In this document: in pieces, positions 12,464-26,720 of the stretch
Layout: each line of letters starts with the position of its first letter
Position numbering within the stretch: position 1 is the stretch's first letter
Origin: Octopus vulgaris
Taxonomy: Eukaryota
DNA length: 64,000 nt
NCBI GenBank assembly: GCA_951406725.2
Contig: OX597822.1
Span: forward strand, 98,642,001 to 98,706,000
Direction of reading: 5' to 3'
Position numbers and translations under genes: made by a program
The notes under the pieces: model-generated
The model's input: only the letters and a program-made list of their open reading frames with translations
The model's database searches: none
Told to the model about the DNA's origin: nothing

Positions 12464-13885
12464 AACCGACGTGTGTCAGAAATACTGAAGGTGTAGCCGA
12501 TAGCATAATATAATATTTATAAATATTTTTTAAAAATCTTAGGGAATAATAATTACCATTTTACACTTAACTGATGCAAAGCAAACAGTATCAATTATAA
12601 TATTATTACGAATTTTGGATTTTACCAATAGGACCACAACTTCAATTTCAGGACAATCTCATTTTCTGGAGTACCCATAGAAGGTTATATATATATAATA
12701 TTTGTAGCCACTTCAACTTGGCTGGCCGCTCGAACGGACTCTACTGCAATTTTTTAATCCCAAGAGGACATCTTCTCTGATTTCAGTTTTTCAGACATGC
12801 GTGTATGTATAAGTGTACTTAAGAAACGCATTATTCTTATCCTTTTTATTCCATCAGATTAATTGTTTTTACCTTACGATGAGACTCTAAGCGTTATTCC
12901 CTCCTATTCGTATTTAAGACCTCCGTGCTGACATAATAAGGTTTAATATCCAACTCATAAGAATCCTTGTTAGCAAATGATAAGTGTATATGTTTTACCC
13001 AACTCATTCATCTCTTATTTCTATTGATGTTCGTGTCATAAAAAATAACACACTTGTAACGAAACACTGAGTAATTGAGTAAACACTTGGACTCTGAAAG
13101 ATAGGGTCTATGTAATCAATTAGTGCCATCCCTCAAAATTTCTGACTTTGTGCTTAGAGCGGAAGGAGAATTATTTAAAATCTATAGTGTTACCAACTAC
13201 ACAGAACATAGAAAAATGTTCTGATTGTTACGCTGTAGAGAGTAGTTGTGTCGGTTGCTTTGGCATGATGGGTGAGTAAATATACTGGAATTGTCTTTAG
13301 TAGTTTTGAAGTATCGTCAGACATTTGCCATTTATGTAGCTCTGCGATGTAAATGTTTGTATTGATATAGTGATTCTGCTGATGTACAATTTGTGTCTAT
13401 TAACAAAAAGTGGCCGTTAATTCTATGCCTTTACGTACCACACAGATACAAGGTGGTTAATCCTTTCCTGATTGAGAGGAGCGACACAGGTTTGAAGCAT
13501 ATAGTGTGTTAAGGTTACGATGAGTTAGACTGTGTTGTGTGAATACATCATCACATATAATGATCGCTAGGTTCAGAAAGATTTACTCCTGGTATTAGGA
13601 ATGTTAAGGAATAAGAATATCATATATTCCGCTTAACATTTATCTATTTAAATTGTTAATCTTGAATATATTTTATTCGAAATCTTTAAGTCCATATTTT
13701 CATTATTGTCAGCGTTTTATAAGATGTTCGTCTTTTTATTCTCTTTGTAATTATTCTCTTTGTAATTTTCTTCGCATAATAAAGCATGCAATGTTTTATG
13801 ATTCTCTCTCCACACCCAAGCTTACGTTATTTACTATTTTCTGTTTTATAAAAGAAGAATTCTGAATGCATATTTAAGTGTTTTT

Positions 13886-13940
13886 GAAAAACTTGTAATG
13901 ATGGCGTGTTTCAAGACCACACCATCATTACAAGTTTTTC
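13886..13940. repeat. Short hairpin, 19-bp perfect stem
   Basis: gaaaaacttgtaatgatgg ... ccatcattacaagtttttc. Confidence 0.85.
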
Positions 13941-14159
13941 ACGGGCTGTTTTCTTCAGATCTTTCCTAAGAAATTCTGTAAAGTTTTTTTGGAAACAAAT
14001 TTCGAGAACCCTTTTTAAGAATTTTCAGGTGCTTTCCAAACATTTTTTCATTCACAGTCGGTAACATTAATAATCATATGTTTCAATATTTTCGTTATCA
14101 GAATTATTATTATTATCACTATAAGTGTGTGTGCTAATGGCTGTGGTTATGTGTGCATG

Positions 14160-14234
<75 letters not shown>

Positions 14235-14330
14235 ACACACATATATGTATGTATATATATATATATTTATATATAAACACACACATATATGTATGTATAT
14301 ATATATATATATATAATATAAACACACACA

Positions 14331-14391
<61 letters not shown>

Positions 14392-14440
14392 TTTGATACA
14401 TACATAGGTTTCATATATGTATGTATATATATATATATGG
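14160..14440. repeat. Compound (TA)n/(CA)n microsatellite with higher-order repeat
   Basis: Direct reading; the unit 'tataaacacacacatatatgtat' recurs three times. Confidence 0.9.
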
Positions 14441-15019
14441 CCCACTATATTATTGTTTACAGAGACATATCCGGGTGTATTTATATTTCTTGAAGGAATC
14501 TGTCCAAAGACTATATCAGTTTCTGTTTTAATAATGTTAAAGGAGCAGGATTGATGAAATAATTGTGCCGTATATGAGATATATGAGTGTGTGTGTGTAT
14601 GTGTGTATTCATATGTATGCATGTGTGTGTGTGTGTGTGTGTAAATTTCCACACCGACATCCTATGCCTACATTATTATTAATAATATCTTTCATCCTGA
14701 ATTTTACATATTTCCCCTTCGTTTTTATTTCAGTATCATTTTTCTCCACACAAGTAACTGCTTTATATCTTACATTACATCAATTTTTTATTCATCTTTC
14801 TTAGATTTTACATTTGATTCCATTCTCTATTGCCGTTTGTGAGCGCCGAAGCTCATTTTAAATCACTTTTAGGTTATCATGCTATGAAGTAAAAATACAT
14901 ACCAAGACATCACCTCCTTTATCCACGTGATATATATATATGAACACACATGCATATGCGAATACTGATGCACGCACATAATTGCTACAACTTCTCCCTC
15001 TCCTATAATAATTATTAAT

Positions 15020-15249
15020 GCGGTGAACTGGCAGAAACGTTAGCACGCTGGGCGAAATACGGAGCCGTATTTCGTCTGCCGTTACGTTCTGGGTTCAAAT
15101 TCCGCCGAGGTCGACTTTGCCTTTCATCCTTTCGGGGTCGATAAATTAAGTACCAGTTACGCAATGGAGTCGATGTAATCGACTTAATCCCTTTGTCTGT
15201 CCTTGTTTGTCCCCTCTGTGTTTAGCCCCTTTTTGGTTGTAAAGAAATA
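15020..15249 (+). mobile_element. Family A SINE
   Basis: Full-length match to 33644-33871. Confidence 0.88.
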
Positions 15250-15636
15250 TATAATAATTTCAACTGATTTTGTTTGGACTGGCTTCCTCGGTGAGAAGTC
15301 CTAAGTATGATATCATTGAAGTTAACTAACCTGGACGTTTATGGCGATGTAATGGTGCTTTGGCCTAGTGGTAGCCATAGCTTTAGTGTTTACTGAAGGC
15401 TGAAACGTTCCAATCTCCCTGCAACGTTACAATTGCTTTGTGTATTTTGTATATATGTATACGTATGTGTGTGTGTGTTATATAAACGTGTCTACCTCTT
15501 TGTGTGTGTTTCTATAAGCGTATATGTTTTCAAACAAATTATGTGTATATAGTTTTTTTCTGGAGATTCAAATTTCATGTCATAGTTTTACAGGTGATAA
15601 TTGTTATATCTTAGTTTTAGTGGTGTATATATATTA

Positions 15637-16882
15637 TTAGTCCGTCAAATATGAAAGGCATCTGGTAAAATTTGACAGCTGCACATTTTGCGCCATTAAA
15701 ATAATTTGGCAATCATTATTTCTTGTTAGAAAGCTGACACATCTATTTCTGTATCCTAACTCATTTTGCGCTTTATAAAATAGTTATAAATCGTTTTTTT
15801 TTTTTTTTTGCTATTTTTGTCTAGAGATGGATAAGTCGAAAAACGTACAGTTTTGAAATATGAGTTCTTTCTTGGAAATACAGCATCACAGACAGCTCGG
15901 AATTTTAATACAGTATTTCATTCTAATGTTATTACAGAGCAGACACTATCAAATTCGTATGCAAAATTTCGTCCTGGTAACTTTGACCTCACAAATAAGC
16001 AACGCGGTCGACCAGAAACAAAGGTGGATAATGACGAACTGAAAAGCACCGTAGAGTCAGTTCCATCTCAAAGTGATCGTTAATTATCGTTGTTGTTTGG
16101 TGTTAGCAAGCAAACAATATAGACTCAACTAGTTCAAATCGGTAAAGTGAAAAAGTTGGAAAATCAGAAACAACAACGTTTGGAACCTGCATCATGCTAC
16201 TTTCTCATCACAAAAATGAACCACTTTTGAATCGAATTGTAACGTGATGAGAAATGGATCCAGTACAGCAACCGTAAACGTCCAGCACAATGGTTAGACA
16301 AAGGCGAGCCATCAAAACCCAGTCCAGAAAGCAAAGTTCATTAAAGCTGATGGCGTGTGTTTGGTGGTCTGGTGCAGGTGTGATCCATTATGATTTCATT
16401 AAACCTGGCTCATCAATCACAGCCGAATTGTAATTGCAGCCAACTGGACCAAATGTTGCAGAAACTTACAAAAAAAAAACACATCCTAGATTAGTCAACA
16501 TATCCACTCCTATTTTATTGCAAGAAAACGCCAGACCACACATCACAAAAATGACATTTGCAAATCTACAGGCTTTGGGGGTGGAAGTTCTCCGTCATCC
16601 ACCATACCTGATCTTGCCCCTACTGGCGTCCTCCAGAATTTAGATAACTTTTTGATAGGAGAAAAATATAATTCCGCCGTTGTAAAACAGACGTTCTAAG
16701 ATTTTATTTACCGTAGATGGCCAGGCTTTTACAGTTCCGGGCTGGATAAGCTACCGCTGAAATAGCAAAAGTGTATTGACAATATATGTGTGTACTGTGT
16801 TGAAGAAAATTATTCCTTGTATTTATAAATCGTTTGCAACCTTTATTTTTCTTTTCTACAAATTTCATACTTGACGACCTAA
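15637..16882 (+). mobile_element. Decayed full-length mariner (DD34D) transposon
   Basis: TA|TTAGTCCGTCAAATATGAAA ... TTTCATACTTGACGACCTAA|TA TIRs, ~1.25 kb. Transposase remnants: YEFFLGNTASQTARN, RGRP, RIVT.DEKWI, VWWSGAGVIHYDF, LLQENARPH, LRHPPY; many stops and frameshifts. Confidence 0.92.
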
Positions 16883-17054
16883 TATTTGGTACGGCTGTTG
16901 TTTCATGTTCGTATTTGTTAAGTAGTTTCTACTCTGGTTGCTATTTTCTGCCTCTTCTTATCGCGTTTTTTTTTATGAGGTGTATATTTTTAAGTTGCTT
17001 AATTATACAATATTTACATTTGACGGATATTTGTCCGCATCTTGTTTGTTGCTA

Positions 17055-17099
17055 ACACAACGTTTCGGCTAATATACCCACCAGCTTTCATCAGGTGTC
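17055..17099 (-). ncRNA. Minimal hammerhead ribozyme (inverted copy)
   Basis: Minus: ACAC CTGATGA AA GCTG GTGGGTATAT TAGC C GAAA CG TT GTGT. Confidence 0.65.
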
Positions 17100-17329
17100 T
17101 TGGAGAAATTTCGAACCTGGGTTCTCATTCCTAAGGTATTTTTCGATGTTGTTGTTGTGGTTTTCCAGGTCACTGTTTGGAATCGTCTTCGGAATCTTGG
17201 GGTTAAGAGCGCGGGCTACTAACTCCAAGATTCAACAACAACAATAATAATAATAATAATAATAACGATAACAACAACAACATCGAAAAATACCTTAGGA
17301 ATGAGAACCCTGGTTCGAAATTTCCCCAA

Positions 17330-17375
17330 GACACCTGATGAAAGCTGGAAGGTATATCAGCCGAAACGTTGTGTT
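17330..17375 (+). ncRNA. Minimal type-I hammerhead ribozyme
   Basis: GACAC CTGATGA AA GCTG GAAGGTATAT CAGC C GAAA CG TT^GTGTT. Canonical CUGAUGA/GAAA, palindromic AACGTT helix III. Confidence 0.72.
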
Positions 17376-17517
17376 AATAACAAACAAGATGGGGACAAAT
17401 ATCTGTCAAACGTTAATAATGTACATAATTCCTCATCTCTTAAATATAGAATTGCTTAATAATAAATCTAAAGTTTAAAAATAACACAAGCCAATGATGT
17501 CTTTGTAGTTTTTGTTT

Positions 17518-17580
<63 letters not shown>

Positions 17581-17582
17581 TA

Positions 17583-17617
<35 letters not shown>
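17518..17617. repeat. (CTA)n microsatellite
   Basis: Direct reading. Confidence 0.95.
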
Positions 17618-19319
17618 AACTTAGTTGATATCGCAATGCATAGTTTGGCATTGTAGTCATTGCTTTGTTTATATTCGCTTTTGTGCTTGCTTAATGCACT
17701 CACTTAAGAAAGGTGAAAACTAAAACGTTTTGTTTTGTTTTATTTCACATTGTTAAAAGTTCGCTCTAATTTGTTTTATGTACTCTGTTATTTAGCATTT
17801 AGCTGTGAGTGGGGAAAACCTGTATAACAAAACCCGGAACATGCAACTCTCACGAACGGCTCTCTTCCATACTACCGTTGCAACTTCCCAAACTTTTTTT
17901 CTCTTATTTGCTTTCCGCTTCAATTTTAACAAAATTTTCAACACACCTCGTTATACAATGGGTTTGATTTTTGCTTTATGTATTCTGTTTGTGCTCTCCA
18001 GTAACAGAAGCCATGATGTCATTTGCAAATCGTGATAGAATCAAAAGTTACTACGTTACCATTGAAAACATTAGTCTAGATCTTGTATCTAAGATACTTT
18101 TTTTATCCTAACTTTGTGCAGTGTTGTTGACGACAATGTAACTACGAGACCGATAATTCAAGTTTTATCCCAGAAAAGTCATGAAATAAACAGAATATAA
18201 TTCTCCATTACAAAACTACTTTGAGCAGACGACCGAGAAAGTGTATTCACTAGAGGGGGATAGAGAAGAGAATCGATTAATATTTTTAAAGTAAGAACCA
18301 AATAATCACTAGTTGCTGTGTATGTCCAGAGTGATTTGAAGTGATATCCGTTATACTAGTTGAATGTATGTGATTACGTAAGTGCAAAGATCATTTTTTA
18401 GCAGCTAGAATAAACCTAGGCAGTTTCAGATGGGCAGGACAAGTATCTCCAAGATATAATTTAATTTATAAGTGTTAGAAAAAGCACAACCAAAAGTAAC
18501 CAATTTCCCCGCCGAGGTAGTTGTTATTATTGTTAATGTAACATTTCTGTTGCTTTGTACTATTGAAAGAACTTCTGCTGATTACAGAAAATCACATGAG
18601 AAGGACTTCTGATAGTTTATCTGATACCAATCCAAAACTCAGGAGAAGAATTGAAATCAGCATAATCACTAAAATAATATTTAACAATTTCATTTCGCTC
18701 CCTTCGATTACTAATTATACTTATGCCTAAATTCATGGGAATTGCTAACGGGACTAACGTATCTTTTTTAGAATCTCAATGTAATATCATTGAATAGATT
18801 CGAACCATTTTTGTCAACCTTCGCTGACGTTCACAATTATTCAACAGAGACCCATGTATTTATATCTGTAGTCAGAAAATGACGTTTCCATTTATCTTGC
18901 ATGAAAGATTTAGAAAACGTTATATTAATTGTTCTCCTTATAGGTTATGTCTACTTCTATTTTCTTCTTTCCATATTTAGAAGGAATGGAAAATGAATAT
19001 GTACGAAAGATGATTAAATAAATGTTTTTAAAAATTATCTGATGCTATATTGTATGAGCATGGAAGGTAATGCAATATACTAAAATGTAGGAGAACTGTC
19101 ATTTGAAATGTAGGTGAGCACTCTAAAAGAAAAGCTGCAATGAAGAATTAACCTCAAAGGAGAATTAACTGCATGTCTAAACTCCGTATTTGATGGAGAT
19201 CGGATTATTAATGAAGTATTTCAATGTTCTTTAAATGGAACTGTCCTAGAAACCTGTGATATTAGTAATACAATTTTAGCAGTAAAACGACTGAAATCAA
19301 GTTATAAGAAAAATTATGG

Positions 19320-19602
<283 letters not shown>

Positions 19603-20400
19603 TAGCAGAAAAACCGCCCTCTGCGTTGTCTTCTGCTAGGGTATATATTGCGCATATTGATATTGTATATACAAATAGATATCATACATAAATTATAAAG
19701 TAAAGTGACAATATGCTCATGAATGGAACAAGGACTCTGTTATAGTTTATTCTGTATTCATTAAAATAATCCAAGATACATTTAAAAAAGACAAGGCAAA
19801 CTGGAAAAGAGATGAGACTGTCAAGGGAAAATCTTTTGAATTTTTTCTTGAGAGAGTTTGAAAATAGATGCTCTGGTGGGAATTAATGAATGCTTCACAT
19901 CACTGTAGAATTTCTTTGTAGACTCCCAATTCATTTATCTGGATTAATATTTTTATAAACAACTTAGGTCGATAAAATAATTAACAAACTTCAAGAAAAA
20001 GTAATGGAGATGATATTATTGACTACATAATTTCAAGATGCTACCCCAGCATGACCGCAGTCTAACACAATTTGAAAACTTAAATTCTATAGAAAGGGGT
20101 TGCTGTTTTTTTGCATTATGTAATACCATTAAAAATAATTTTACTCGCTTTATTACATTTTTTTACAAACGCGAAGAGTAAACTGTTTGTCTACATATAG
20201 AATTGAAATGGATGTTGGCGAATAATGTAATATTAAGCATTATAGTTTATGTTTAATATACTAATAAACTTTATAGTTTAAAATTTGTTTCATATTCATT
20301 TATAATTTCTTCAAACTAATCTGACATTTTTTAATAACGTGGAGGAAAAAATAATAAACTGGATACAGTCCCGCATTTCTTCAGTCGTTATATTATAAAA

Positions 20401-20442
<42 letters not shown>

Positions 20443-20461
20443 CATTATTATTATTATTATT

Positions 20462-20920
20462 GAGTGAGAGAGCAGTTCATGCCATCAAAGTGACACTGGG
20501 GTAAAATATACGAAGCCCAATATACCCATCATGACTACCCGTCTGATAAAGGTACACCAGGCACATGCATCACAACCATATGTGCGCGACATGGTGATCT
20601 CATATCAAGATAAACAGCACATGACCTTGCAGGTGGGGCCCAGTTAGAATTTTCTTCAGGTTGAGTAGCCCATCCCGCTCAAACGGTCCCTGAATAAGGG
20701 TTGTTTAAGGATGTTGAAAGAACCACCCATGTTTCCAGAGGTGAACTATTCAAACCCCAAAGAATCCCTCTCAACACATGGCTATGATGCTCCCCCACTA
20801 CTTCTGCTCGTGATCAGAGATGCACATATCGTCAGCCACTAAGGGACATGCTCAACTGGTTAAGGTCAAACAATTGACAAGCAAATCTGTGGTATTGAGC
20901 AGAATATTTGCTGTAGCCCA
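20462..20920. mobile_element. Interspersed ~500-bp repeat (family E) embedded in (TTA)n
   Basis: Homologous copies at 23196-23715 and 26165-26720, all starting gagtgagagagca/aagagagca next to (TTA)n. Confidence 0.8.
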
Positions 20921-20998
<78 letters not shown>

Positions 20999-21059
20999 TT
21001 AAAGGATTTGGGTAACTCCTCCAGAAGTTATTAAATTAAAGTCAAAATTAAAAGAAGAG

Positions 21060-21622
21060 TGCCATTGTCATCTAGGGTTCTAACAATTATTGGTACCACT
21101 ACCACCTTTTTCATCGACTACAACTGCTTTACCTCCCAAGCTAACCTGTCATACCTATCGACTTTTCTTTCTTCCTTATCACACACCTTGTTGTCTGCTG
21201 GGCATGCTATATCTATGATCCTGAGAAGACAATAAAATTAATTTGTTTGCTTCATCTACGCCGTGTGTGGTGGTCTATTTTTGAATATCGACAGGCTGTA
21301 GCCGGACAAGAACCTCTAAGCCCACCGGATGTAACACTGTCACCATCACTGGCGTCAGTTTCATCAGCACCGTTAGGTTTCTGATCTTCAGTACTTTCTT
21401 CATTATTTATTTGGTGATAAAATCTCCTCTGTTCTGTCTGAAATAATCTGTTCTGTTGGTGGTGATGTGCTCTTTGCCGATATCTGGAAAGCTTAACTGC
21501 TACTGCTATGAAACGCCGTTTCAAATCTTCTATGACTGTGCCAAATCCTTTCTCTTTGAGTAAGTATCTTTTTCTCAAGAGAAGATTTGAGTCTTGCGTT
21601 TTCTCACTTGTTCATTTTCCAG
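21060..21622 (-). pseudogene. R4/Dong-like non-LTR retrotransposon fragment (pre-RT region joined to REL endonuclease)
   Basis: TVIEDLKRRFIAVAVKLSRYRQR...QNRLFQTEQRRFY, then IIDIACPADNKVCDKEERKVDRY...VVVVPIIV. Confidence 0.72.
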
Positions 21623-21987
21623 GGCCCTGATGCGGGCGGTTTCGGACGTGAAACCTTCATCATGATCGACTGTAGCTTCATTCTCGCCGTTAATTTTTTT
21701 TTTTTTTTGTGTTACTTCATGATTTCATGAGTCGTTCGTGGGGTTCCCGCAAGAGTTGTTATTGGGATGCCATCTCTCTCTTCCTCTCTTTATTTGTATA
21801 TATATACACGTGCATATGTATGTACATACACACATATATATAAGTAACGTGCTTGCATTGTGTCACCTCCATAAAAATATCAATAATATGGGTCAATAAT
21901 GCAGTAGATCTTCGTCACTATTTATCAAATACTCGGCAAGCGTTCTCCTTTCATTCCTTATACAATGGTATATACTAATTAGTTCTC

Positions 21988-22314
<327 letters not shown>

Positions 22315-22766
22315 TCTCTTTATCATAGGTTTTGTTGGAGCTCCTGGAGTCTTGCATGAATAGCGGGCTTACTACCTGCAGCCTACGGTACCATGCTATT
22401 CGTTCTTTGCAGCTATCTAATACTTTCCTGATTATTCTGGCCGTGCCAAGGAGGCAAAACTTTTGTAACAGTTCTACTGGGCGCCCTAATCCAATTTCCT
22501 TTATATTCCTTCTGATGTCTTCTGATACTGTTCCAAAGACCCAACAATAATTGGCACTATTTTCACCTTCTTCATTTTCCATAGCCGGGCTATTTCGTAG
22601 TTAAGAGAGCCGTATCTATTTATCTTGTCGTCTTCCTTCTTGACAATTCGTGGGCCAAAGGTGGCATGCAACATCAATTATATTGCATATGTGGTGCACC
22701 TTATCCACCACCACTAGGTCCGGTCTATTATGCTCTAACACCTAATCTGTTTGGATTGGGAAATAC
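22315..22766 (-). pseudogene. R4/Dong-like LINE 3' end with restriction-like endonuclease, ending in (TAA)n
   Basis: IQTD.VLEHNRPDLVVVDK...IIDVAC...KINRY..L.YEIARLWKM..VKIVPIIVG...LQKFCLLGTARIIRKVL (PD..D motif), short 3' UTR, then TAA repeats. A second piece of this 3' end is at ~23772-23852. Confidence 0.8.
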
Positions 22767-23195
22767 CGTTATCATTACTATTACTATCATTATAGACCTC
22801 GCAGAGTATACGATATCGTGAGGTTGTTGATTGAAAATATTGTGTCTACAGGGGATTTGTACTGTTTATCAAGTCCGAACAAGGACCTCAGACAGGCAGT
22901 ACTTTACGTAATTTGCATGCAGTTCCAAGTAATGCTGACTTTTGCGATACACGTAGATTGCAGGGTATTTCTAATGCTTTCAGAGGCTTTTCTTTTTATA
23001 GATTCGGTGGTATTGAACCCAATGCTCCGATAACCTTTATGATTTACTCTTGTAGTTGCTATATCTTAGCGATTTCAATTCTCAGGTCTCCATATTTATC
23101 AACTTTTTCTCTTTCTTAATTATTATTTTTTTTTTTTTATTGTTGTTGTTGTTGTTGTTGTTGTTATTATTATTATTTTTTATTATTATCACTAT

Positions 23196-23715
23196 TGAGT
23201 GAGAGAGCATCAAATTGACACTGGGGTAAAATTTACGAAGCCCAGTATACCCATCATGACAACCCGTCTGATAAATGTACACCAGACACATGCATCACCA
23301 ACCATGAGCACGATATGGTGATCTCATATCAAGATTAACAGCGCAAGATCTTGCAGGTGGGTTCCAGTTAGAATTTTCTTCAGGTTGTGTAACCCGTCTC
23401 GCTCAAAAGGTCTCTGAATAAAGTTTGTTTAGGTATTTTGAACGAAACACCCATGTTTCAAAAGGTGAATTATCAAAAGTCCAAAGAATTTCTCTCAACA
23501 CATGACTATGTTGTTCCCCAACTAGTTCTGCTCATGGTCAGAGATGCACATCTCGTCAGCAACTAAGCGACATGCTCAACTGGTTAAAGTCAAACAACTG
23601 ACAAGAAAATCTGGTAGCGAGCAGAATATTTGCTGTAGCCCAACATTTATACCAAGACAAAACTATGTACGTGATAACACTTCCAATCAGTTAAGAGAAG
23701 CCATGAAAGCTAGTG
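23196..23715. mobile_element. Family E repeat
   Basis: Colinear with 20462-20920. Confidence 0.8.
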
Positions 23716-23916
23716 CTTTGTTCTGTATGAAGGGCATATCATCATCGTCATCATCATCATCATTGTCATCTCTTTTGTTGGAGCTCCTGGAGTCTTGCAT
23801 GCGCAGCAGGCTTACTATCATGCTATTCGATCTTTTCAGCTATCTAATACTCTCTTGAAGGTCGTGTCTATCTATCTTTTCGTTATCCTTATTGACTATT
23901 ATTGAGTCAAAGAGGG

Positions 23917-23917
<1 letters not shown>

Positions 23918-23963
<46 letters not shown>

Positions 23964-24060
23964 GTTATTGTTGTTATTATTGTTATTGTTGTTATTATTA
24001 TTATTATTCATTATTATTATTATTATCATTATTATTATTATCATTATTATTATTATTTTT

Positions 24061-24094
<34 letters not shown>

Positions 24095-24115
24095 CCATCA
24101 TCATCATTATTATTA
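23918..24115. repeat. (TTA)/(TCA)n microsatellite
   Basis: Direct reading. Confidence 0.95.
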
Positions 24116-24127
24116 AGCCGCTACAAT

Positions 24128-24525
24128 GCTAAGCGGCATTTCGCCCGTTTTTACAATCTGAGTTCAAATTCGCCGAGCTCAGTTTTGCCTTTCATCCTTT
24201 CGAGGTCAATAAAATGAGTGCCAGTCGAGGAGACTGGTGGCACTATAATCGACCAGCCACCCCAGCTCCCTGCAAAAATTGTACTCATAGTAGACAGTAC
24301 TATTATTATTAAGGAGTTGACTTGGCAGTATAGTTACCGCGCTGTACAAAATGCTTAGCGGTATTTCGTTCGTCTTTACGTTGTAAGTCCAAATACCGCT
24401 GAGGTCGATTTTGCCTTTCATTCTTTCGAAGTCGAGGAAATAAGTACCAGTTGAAAATTGGAGTCGAGGTAAACGACTTAACCCCTTTCCCGAAATTACT
24501 GGCCTTGTGCAAAAATTTGAAACCA
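24128..24525 (+). mobile_element. Two diverged family A SINE copies
   Basis: ctgagttcaaattcgccgag..gcctttcatcctttcgaggtc (24158-24208) and aaatgcttagcggtatttcg..gcctttcattctttcg (24349-24430). Confidence 0.7.
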
Positions 24526-26164
24526 GTGTCGTGTCGTTATTATTATGGCCAGCAGTCAGGCAGGTCACGCTTGGCATCGGTTCTTTAGATGTCTTTATAT
24601 CTTATCGACAATCATGCATTTTAACATGTGTCCTAATAATGATTACGAATTTATCGGTTTGTAATCTGAGACTTCCAAAAAATGTTTGTCTTTTATATTT
24701 AATAATAAGATTTGCTTTGCTCCTAGTTATCTAATTTGGGCTACACGCACTCTAAAGATATTCATTTCATAAATGTTTTACTGTACAGCCAGAATCCTTG
24801 AATTTGTCTTGCGTTGATGATACCCCTTGTTTTGTTATTGTTAATATCTGGACCCTTTCTTCTATACCATTTAATTCGTTTTCTACTCTTCTTCACTCTG
24901 CACCCAAGTTATAGATGTATCACTCGATCCGTAAACCTCAAAAACGTTTGCTTGTTTCAGTATCTGACACTACATATTTTCATCTATCTATCATCTCTAG
25001 TTTTTTTTTTCGCACTCTCTTCTCATTATTCTGAAAGAATCTGATCTGCCATAAGTAGTTTCTTCTATTCCTATTCTTTCATCTCAGCTGCGTCTACTGG
25101 TTCTCTTAGCTTCAGCTCTTCAATTGAAACATTTATTCTCCCCTCTTCCTTTCTCCATTGTATCTTGTTTCAAATGTTTTGATTCGTTTTAATTAGAAAA
25201 TAAATGTCAATTAAGCAAGATCAGATTCTAACTATTGATGCGTTTTTCTATCCGTTTTAACCACCGTTATATTTGTCCATTCTCAGTGTTTCAGCTGTAT
25301 AACCAAACATTTTACAACTAATCCTGCTACAATCTAGCATAAGTATTTAAGTGCAGCTGAAAATGAAAATTGTAAAATTCTTTCGTCTTTTGTTTTACTG
25401 TTTCTCTGTCATATTTTCTAAGTTTAGCAGGCTTTTCATTACATCTCATTATCAATCGACCACCTGTCATATTTTCAGCATCATAATTTCTCTACCCAAA
25501 TCTCTCTACATTTTTCAATATAATAGTTTAATTCAATCTTTGTATTTCCTTTACTTATCTTGCGATTCACATTTGCCCCTAGTTAATTTTTCTGTATTTT
25601 TGATTATCTTAATACTGAGTTTGACAGTCAGTCATTATGCAATACAGATCATGCTTACACAGCCAACTTTTGTTCTGCCCACAGAAACACTCCGTTTTTT
25701 TTTCGTTCTAAATAGCCCATGTTCTTTGACTATGCACTCTATGATTCATGTTCATGCCAATTTTATGTCACTTCAAATCCATTAGTGTAGCTAAAATCCT
25801 TATTCACGCTTTTGCCGTTGCAGCATGTTCGATAAGGACTTATAACTTTGTTAATCAGCATCGGATCCCTAGAAGGTCTCTAACTGGAAGAGGGACGGTT
25901 ACTTGAGTCTTTCCTATATTATGTACACTATGCTCATCTTACTTCTTTCTTTTTTTCCTCTTTGCTCCATTTTTTAAAATCCTGCACAGTAAGTTGAAAC
26001 AGTTTTTATAACGAACCTTTCATCGGCGTCCCTGTGGCAAAATAGAAAAATCCTCCTCCGCATCATCATCATCATCATTAATGCGTGAGATCCTTAGAGG
26101 GTATCATCATCATCATCTTCTCGTTATAATAATGACTGTAATGATAATGACATTATTATTATTA

Positions 26165-26720
26165 AGTAAGAGAGCAATGCATGCCATCAAAGTGACACCG
26201 GGGTACAAAAATCCGAAACCAAATGTACCCATCATCACTACCCATCTGATAAGGGTACACCAATCAAATGCGTCACAGCAATATGTATGCAACATAGTGA
26301 TCACATAAACAACGCATGACCATTGCAGGTGGTGCTCAGAATTTTCTTCAGGTCGAGTAACCCTAACCACTTGCAGGTGGGTTCCAGTTAGAATTTTCTT
26401 CAGATCTAGTACCCCATTCCGTCTAAAAGTCCATGATTAAAGGTTGTTTAAGTATCTTGAACGAAACACCCATGTTTCCAGAGGCGAATTATCCAAACCC
26501 ACCAAAATTCCTCTCAACACAGGGCTATGATGCCCATCTAGGGTTCTGCACGTGATCAGAGATGCACATATCATCAGCCACTAAGGAACGTGCTCCACTG
26601 GTTAAGGTCAAGCTAATGACAAGCAAATCTATGGTGTGAGCAGAATATTTGCTGTAGCCTATGTTTTATACCAAAACAATACAACGTACATGATAACACT
26701 TCCAATCAGTTAAGATCGGA
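26165..26720. mobile_element. Family E repeat with internal duplication
   Basis: Colinear with 20462-20920; 'ttgcaggtgg..agaattttcttcag' occurs twice. Confidence 0.78.

Larger units (their letters stand above)
17004..17451. mobile_element. Fold-back tRNA-head + hammerhead element (putative PLE-mobilised SINE/retrozyme)
   Basis: Inverted arms ~17010-17160 and ~17270-17420, each with a hammerhead; tRNA-like segment in the centre; 9-bp direct repeat TTGCTTAAT at 16995-17003 and 17452-17460. Confidence 0.65.

Noticed and set aside
21630-21668. Minus-strand ATGATGAAGG...CCGAAACCG hammerhead-like string
   Set aside because: Core C3 is lost and helices I/III are unsupported; too degenerate to call.
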